The position numbers and the translations under genes were made by a program. Of a stretch of DNA of 44,918 bases, positions 44,770 to 44,918 are shown piece by piece. Position 1 is the first letter of the stretch; the number at the start of each line of letters is the position of its first letter. The DNA is from Vectrevirus LI10P3. The notes beneath the pieces were generated by a model. The model did not search any database. It was not told the origin of the DNA and saw only the letters and a program-made list of their open reading frames with translations. The stretch lies in sequence record OZ035798.1. One strand, 5' to 3'.

Positions 44770-44918
44770 ATGATTAACTCCGAACTGGTAGATAGTGGTG
44801 TGAAGCTTGCGCCACCTGCACTCGTATCAGGTGGGTACTTCCTCGGTATCAGTTGGGATAATTGGGTGTTAATAGCAACATTCATTTATACCGTGTTGCA
44901 AATTGGGGACTGGTTTTA
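44770..44918 (+). CDS. Holin (gp17.5-like), truncated by the window end
   Basis: MINSELVDSGVKLAPPALVSGGYFLGISWDNWVLIATFIYTVLQIGDWF... parallels recalled T7 holin; ORF runs off the window. Confidence 0.65.
   Translation, partial: MINSELVDSGVKLAPPALVSGGYFLGISWDNWVLIATFIYTVLQIGDWF

Noticed and set aside
1-44918. Prophage or integrative element
   Set aside because: No integrase, repressor, att-like repeats or flanking bacterial genes; content and one-strand organisation are those of a virulent T7-like phage.

Overview
The window reads as a near-complete genome (~45 kb) of a virulent T7-supergroup podophage (Autographiviridae-like). All supported genes are on the + strand. Gene order is SP6/K1-5-like: early anti-host genes, RNA polymerase, replication genes, then portal, scaffold, capsid, tail tube A/B, three internal virion proteins, tail-fibre adaptor and holin, followed by terminase small/large, a lysis cassette and two tailspikes. 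Several products are instead T7-like (Ocr, gp1.1-like, gp1.7-like, gp2.5-like SSB, gp6.7-like). At least 12 phage promoters match an SP6-like consensus ATTTACTGGACACTATAGAAGGA. The representation is circularly permuted: the physical genome ends appear to lie in the ~880 bp non-coding block 8660-9540, and a holin gene is cut by the window end. No integrase, repressor, tRNA or CRISPR array was found. The observations most worth follow-up are three perfect rrn-type boxA elements in the early leaders, a near-identical 16-18 bp palindrome at six intergenic sites, an Ocr-centred anti-defence cluster with uncharacterised acidic neighbours, and a dual tailspike module. All calls rest on reading the sequence and on motif recall; no database search was run.
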